Source of the DNA: Syntrophorhabdaceae bacterium
GTDB lineage: Bacteria; Desulfobacterota; Syntrophorhabdia; Syntrophorhabdales; Syntrophorhabdaceae
Assembly (NCBI GenBank): GCA_963665295.1
Contig: OY762209.1
Location: 832,001 to 896,000, forward strand
Reading direction: 5' to 3'
DNA length: 64,000 nt
The notes under the pieces were generated by a model that searched no databases, was not told the DNA's origin, and saw nothing but the letters and a program-made list of their open reading frames with translations. The translations under genes were made by a program, and so were the position numbers. Below, one piece after another: positions 60,578-64,000 of the stretch. The number at the start of each line of letters is the position of its first letter. The first letter of the stretch is position 1.

Positions 60578-61803
60578 CTAGTGTCACGTCACTCATCTAA
60601 TGTCGGATAAAGTCGCCTAAGTTTCACCCGCGCATCCTTAGTAGTAAATTGCCAGTTCACCTTTGCGTTGAGATTGTCGCGATGGGCCTGCCAGGCAGAC
60701 ACGGCGGAGTGGACCTCGGCGAGAGTGTCGATCCGGCGACTCAGGCATTGATGAATGAGCACGTTAAGCTCAATCTCCGCCATATTGAGCCAGCTTCCAT
60801 GTTTGGGAGTATAGACGAATTCAAAGCGGTCCCAGATGCGTTTGGCCTCTTCGGGAGAAAAGGCTTCATAAAGAGAGCCGGGTTTATGGGTGTTCAGGTT
60901 ATCCATGACAAGGGTGATCCTTTTGGCCTTTCCATACCGTCCTGAAAGTTCCCGGATGAACTCCGCCCAGTCGCGCTTCGTTCTCCTTTCCGATACCTTG
61001 GTCAGGCGCGTGCCCGCCAATGGTTCGTTGGCCATAAATACGGTACAGACGCCACATCGCTCGTATTCGTAGTCGTGACGCTCGAGCCGTCCCGGAGCGC
61101 GGGGAATCGGGGTACGCGTTTCTTTGATCAGTTGTCTTGGGGTTTCATCCATACAGACCACCGGGAATCTTTTATCATACGGGCGTTTATATACATCGAG
61201 TACGTTCTCCATGGCGGCGACGAAATCAGCATTGCCCTCCGGTGGAATGACCCATCCTTGCTGCTTCCAGGGTTTTGTTTCGTTTTTTTAAAACCCGACG
61301 CACGGTTTCATAGGAGATATTCTCGATATAATTGAGCGCTACGGCCCGGTTCGCGAGCATACGCAAGGTCCACCTCGCAAAACCTTCTGGTGGTTCGCTA
61401 CAGCTCAAGGCAATGAGGTGGGCCTCGAAATCGCCATCCGCCTTCTTCTCGTAGACTCGCTCTGCTTTGTGTCCGGTAAGGGCAGTCTCAAGTCCTTCTT
61501 CCACGAATCGCTTTTTTACTCTATCTATCTTACGCATGCTGATTCGCAACACTGCCGATATATCCTCGTTCTTCATCGGGTGGTCCTGGAACCGGCCCTG
61601 ATCGCAATTGAGAAGAACCAGCGCATTGAGCACCTTTTGGGCTTTATGATTTCCTTTTTGCACCACGCCTTCAAGTTCCTTTCGCTCTTCTTTTTCGAGC
61701 ACCACCCTATATTTTATCATTCGGACCTCCCCATGGTGAAATTTAACCCTTGAGGAGATTCTATATCATACTATACGACATTACAAGTGTGATGTGACAC
61801 TAG
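60578..61803 (-). mobile_element. IS630-family element at a CTAG site
   Basis: Ends CTAGTGTCACGTCAC and GTGATGTGACACTAG, 14/15 inverted. Confidence 0.92.
60589..61720 (-). CDS. IS630 transposase in two ORFs joined by a probable -1 programmed frameshift
   Basis: HTH ORF 61226..61720 and DDE ORF (CMDE, VMDNLNTH, SWLNMAEIE); A7 run on the minus strand at 61283-61289. Confidence 0.88.
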
Positions 61804-61822
61804 TATGCCGCCTGCAATGCCA

Positions 61823-62212
61823 CTATTTTTGGGCAGTCGCTTTTCTTTCATCGAAGACTTCTTTTGCAATGAGAAGGGCGTTCATGGAGAGAACCATGCC
61901 GGCGCTTGGAATGATCTGCAGCAGTACTTCAATAATTTCCTTTTCTGAGCAGCCTACATTCAGTGCTGAGTTGATGTGAACTTTCACCTGAAGTGGTGCG
62001 GTACCCATGGTTGCCATGCTGGCCAGTGCAATCATTTCTTTTGTCTTCAGGTCTAATCCTGAGCGACTATAGATATCTCCAAAAACAAATTCCACCAGAT
62101 ATTGAGCAAAATCGGGGGATATTTCTTTCATCGTTTCAATTACTCTTGTTCCTATTTCACCTTCCATCTCTGTAATTTTTGCTAATCCTCTCCGGTATCT
62201 CTCAGAATCCAT
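61823..62212 (-). CDS. Carboxymuconolactone decarboxylase family protein
   Basis: FVFGDIYSRSGLDLKTKEMI, VHINSALNVGCSEKEIIE. Confidence 0.88.
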   Translation of the reverse strand: MDSERYRRGLAKITEMEGEIGTRVIETMKEISPDFAQYLVEFVFGDIYSRSGLDLKTKEMIALASMATMGTAPLQVKVHINSALNVGCSEKEIIEVLLQIIPSAGMVLSMNALLIAKEVFDERKATAQK

Positions 62213-62329
62213 TCCATGACCTCCAATATTCTTTTGGTGATCTGCTTCATGTCTACGTCACTATTACCATTTCTGTTCCAGCCGTACAAGAAAAAAGGCA
62301 GAATTGAGGACATGTTCGGGAAGGACAGC

Positions 62330-62652
62330 CCCCTCTGAAACCCTGCGGGCCTTCCTTATGGGTAAGTACTTGTTCACTTTTCTTCGCCATCCCGGCGTCC
62401 CTCCGACCAACAACCAAGCAGAGCAGTCAATCCGCTTCCTGGTGATCATGAGGAAGCTCATGTTCGGTACGCGGTCGGCAACGGGGCTGAAGACCCACAG
62501 TATCCTGCCGAGTCTCATCATTACTTCCATGAGGCAAGGGAACGATCCACGGAAGTTCCTGGAGACGCTCCTGGTGTCGGATACCGTGACGGCACAGGCG
62601 GCACTGTATCGCAAATGGGGCGAGGGCTCCGTGAGGGGGACTAAACTGTTAC
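62330..62652 (+). pseudogene. IS66-family transposase 3' fragment with terminal inverted repeat
   Basis: FTFLRHPGVPPTNNQAEQSIR...; ends GGGGACTAAACTGTTAC at 62652; 1-nt insertion near 62615. Confidence 0.9.
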
Positions 62653-62806
62653 TTTACGGTCGTCCCCCAATGGCCCCCAATAACATGCTGGATCCATATT
62701 CGACATAATCCTTTCCTTTCTATTATTGTTTTTGCTTAGCTCGGCGAAGAGGCCATATGCTATACTACACGCGTGTGTTACAATAAAATCTCAGATCTGG
62801 TGAGAT

Positions 62807-64000
62807 ATGAAAGAGCCGAACCCTAAATCCCGCACGACCGATCGAACGGTCGTAAGGCGAAGACTAATTAGGATAGTAATCTCTTTGGCAAGAGACTGGT
62901 TTGACGCAAAAGCCCATTCGATAGATCACGCTGCCATTATAAAGAACCTTTCCGATACCGAACTCTCTGCGGGGTATCTCCTGGTTCTCACCATTGCGAA
63001 TCTGATTGCGTTATGCGGTCTACTAACCGATAGTTCTGCGGTGATTATAGGTGCCATGCTGATATCGCCACTCATGGGTCCCATCTTGAGTTTCGGTTTT
63101 GCCTTCACGACAGGAGACAAGATAATATGGCGGAAATCGACCATCAAGCTGATTGTCAGTGTAGCGGTGACAATAGCGGTTGCCGCCATTGCCGCCTATA
63201 TTTCCCCTCTTCAGGAGTCCACAAGCCAGATCGTGGCGCGAATAAGACCCAACCCTTACGACCTGGCAATCGCTTTTCTCTCTGGATTAGTGGGTGCGGC
63301 AGCGATCTGTACGAGAAAGAACTATCTTACTATTGTCCCCGGAGTCGCTATCGCCACCGCAGTAATTCCTCCATTGAGCGTTACGGGTTATGGTTTGGCA
63401 ATACTCGATATCCGTGTAGCTGGGGGCGCATTCCTTCTGTTTTTCACGAACTTCGTTTCACTTGTTATCTCCACGTGTATAGTCTTCTATTTTTACGGTT
63501 TCAGACCGAAAATCATGACAGCGGATGAAAGCACAATGATGAGGCGAAGGATGATCTTTCTGGCCTCCACGCTTTTTCTCATATCGATTCCTCTTATCTA
63601 TACTCTGAAAGTGACAGTTTCAGACCTCGCGCTACGACGGGAGATTAGGAGCGTTCTCAGTGCGGGCCTTGGTGATCGGGAAAATATCAAGATAGTTTCT
63701 CTCAAGTATTCGACAAGAGAAAAACATAAGATTAGGATCGATGCGGTGGCATATACAACATCCTACATCAAGGACTCGGAATTGGAGAAGATCAAGAATA
63801 GCCTGACGAACAGCCTGAAACGCGACGTCAGCCTCCATCTGGATCAGATACGGGTGCAACGTGAAGCCCTCAAGAAGGAATCTCAAATATCGGTGCCGAG
63901 CGCCCCCATGCCCCCGCCCCCGACACGCACGGAGATTATTACCGACTCAAGAGAGAAGGTCCTGACCTCTGTGAGCGAGTCCATGGATAGGATGAGATAC
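62807..64000 (+). CDS. DUF389 (TIGR00341-like) membrane protein, partial at the right edge
   Basis: Manual translation from ATG 62807 gives SAVIIGAMLISPLMGPI, RIRPNPYDLAIA, VPGVAIATAVIPPL. Confidence 0.88.
   Translation, partial: MKEPNPKSRTTDRTVVRRRLIRIVISLARDWFDAKAHSIDHAAIIKNLSDTELSAGYLLVLTIANLIALCGLLTDSSAVIIGAMLISPLMGPILSFGFAFTTGDKIIWRKSTIKLIVSVAVTIAVAAIAAYISPLQESTSQIVARIRPNPYDLAIAFLSGLVGAAAICTRKNYLTIVPGVAIATAVIPPLSVTGYGLAILDIRVAGGAFLLFFTNFVSLVISTCIVFYFYGFRPKIMTADESTMMRRRMIFLASTLFLISIPLIYTLKVTVSDLALRREIRSVLSAGLGDRENIKIVSLKYSTREKHKIRIDAVAYTTSYIKDSELEKIKNSLTNSLKRDVSLHLDQIRVQREALKKESQISVPSAPMPPPPTRTEIITDSREKVLTSVSESMDRMRY

Overview
Bacterial accessory region, probably from an anaerobic, syntrophic Desulfobacterota (Deltaproteobacteria)-like organism. 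This is inferred from gene content: Etf plus a membrane FeS oxidoreductase, an HdrA-like protein, SahR-ahcY, and an aryl-CoA ligase/thiolase/TRAP cluster. From left to right: (1) a RiPP locus with a fused cyclodehydratase/YcaO, a divergent nitrile-hydratase-leader (NHLP) precursor, and decayed remnants of a second YcaO end and second precursor; (2) higBA; (3) a sigma54-controlled hdrA-like/etfB/etfA/FeS-oxidoreductase operon with a multi-PAS protein and a GAF-sigma54 activator; (4) an IS66-family element and three fragments of it; (5) two RAYT-like Y1 (HUH) transposase elements, deleted derivatives and several short inverted-repeat elements, whose GTCCC...CCCC end motif marks about ten junctions between unrelated or truncated genes; (6) a six-gene, translationally coupled type I R-M operon with two different MTases (NPPF and NPPY), a DUF4062-HATPase protein and a GmrSD(DUF262)-Schlafen/AlbA_2 fusion; (7) sahR-ahcY with its operator; (8) two IS630 elements at CTAG sites; (9) aromatic/CoA catabolic genes and assorted exported proteins. 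No rRNA, tRNA or CRISPR array was seen. All family calls come from motif recognition by eye; no searches were run.
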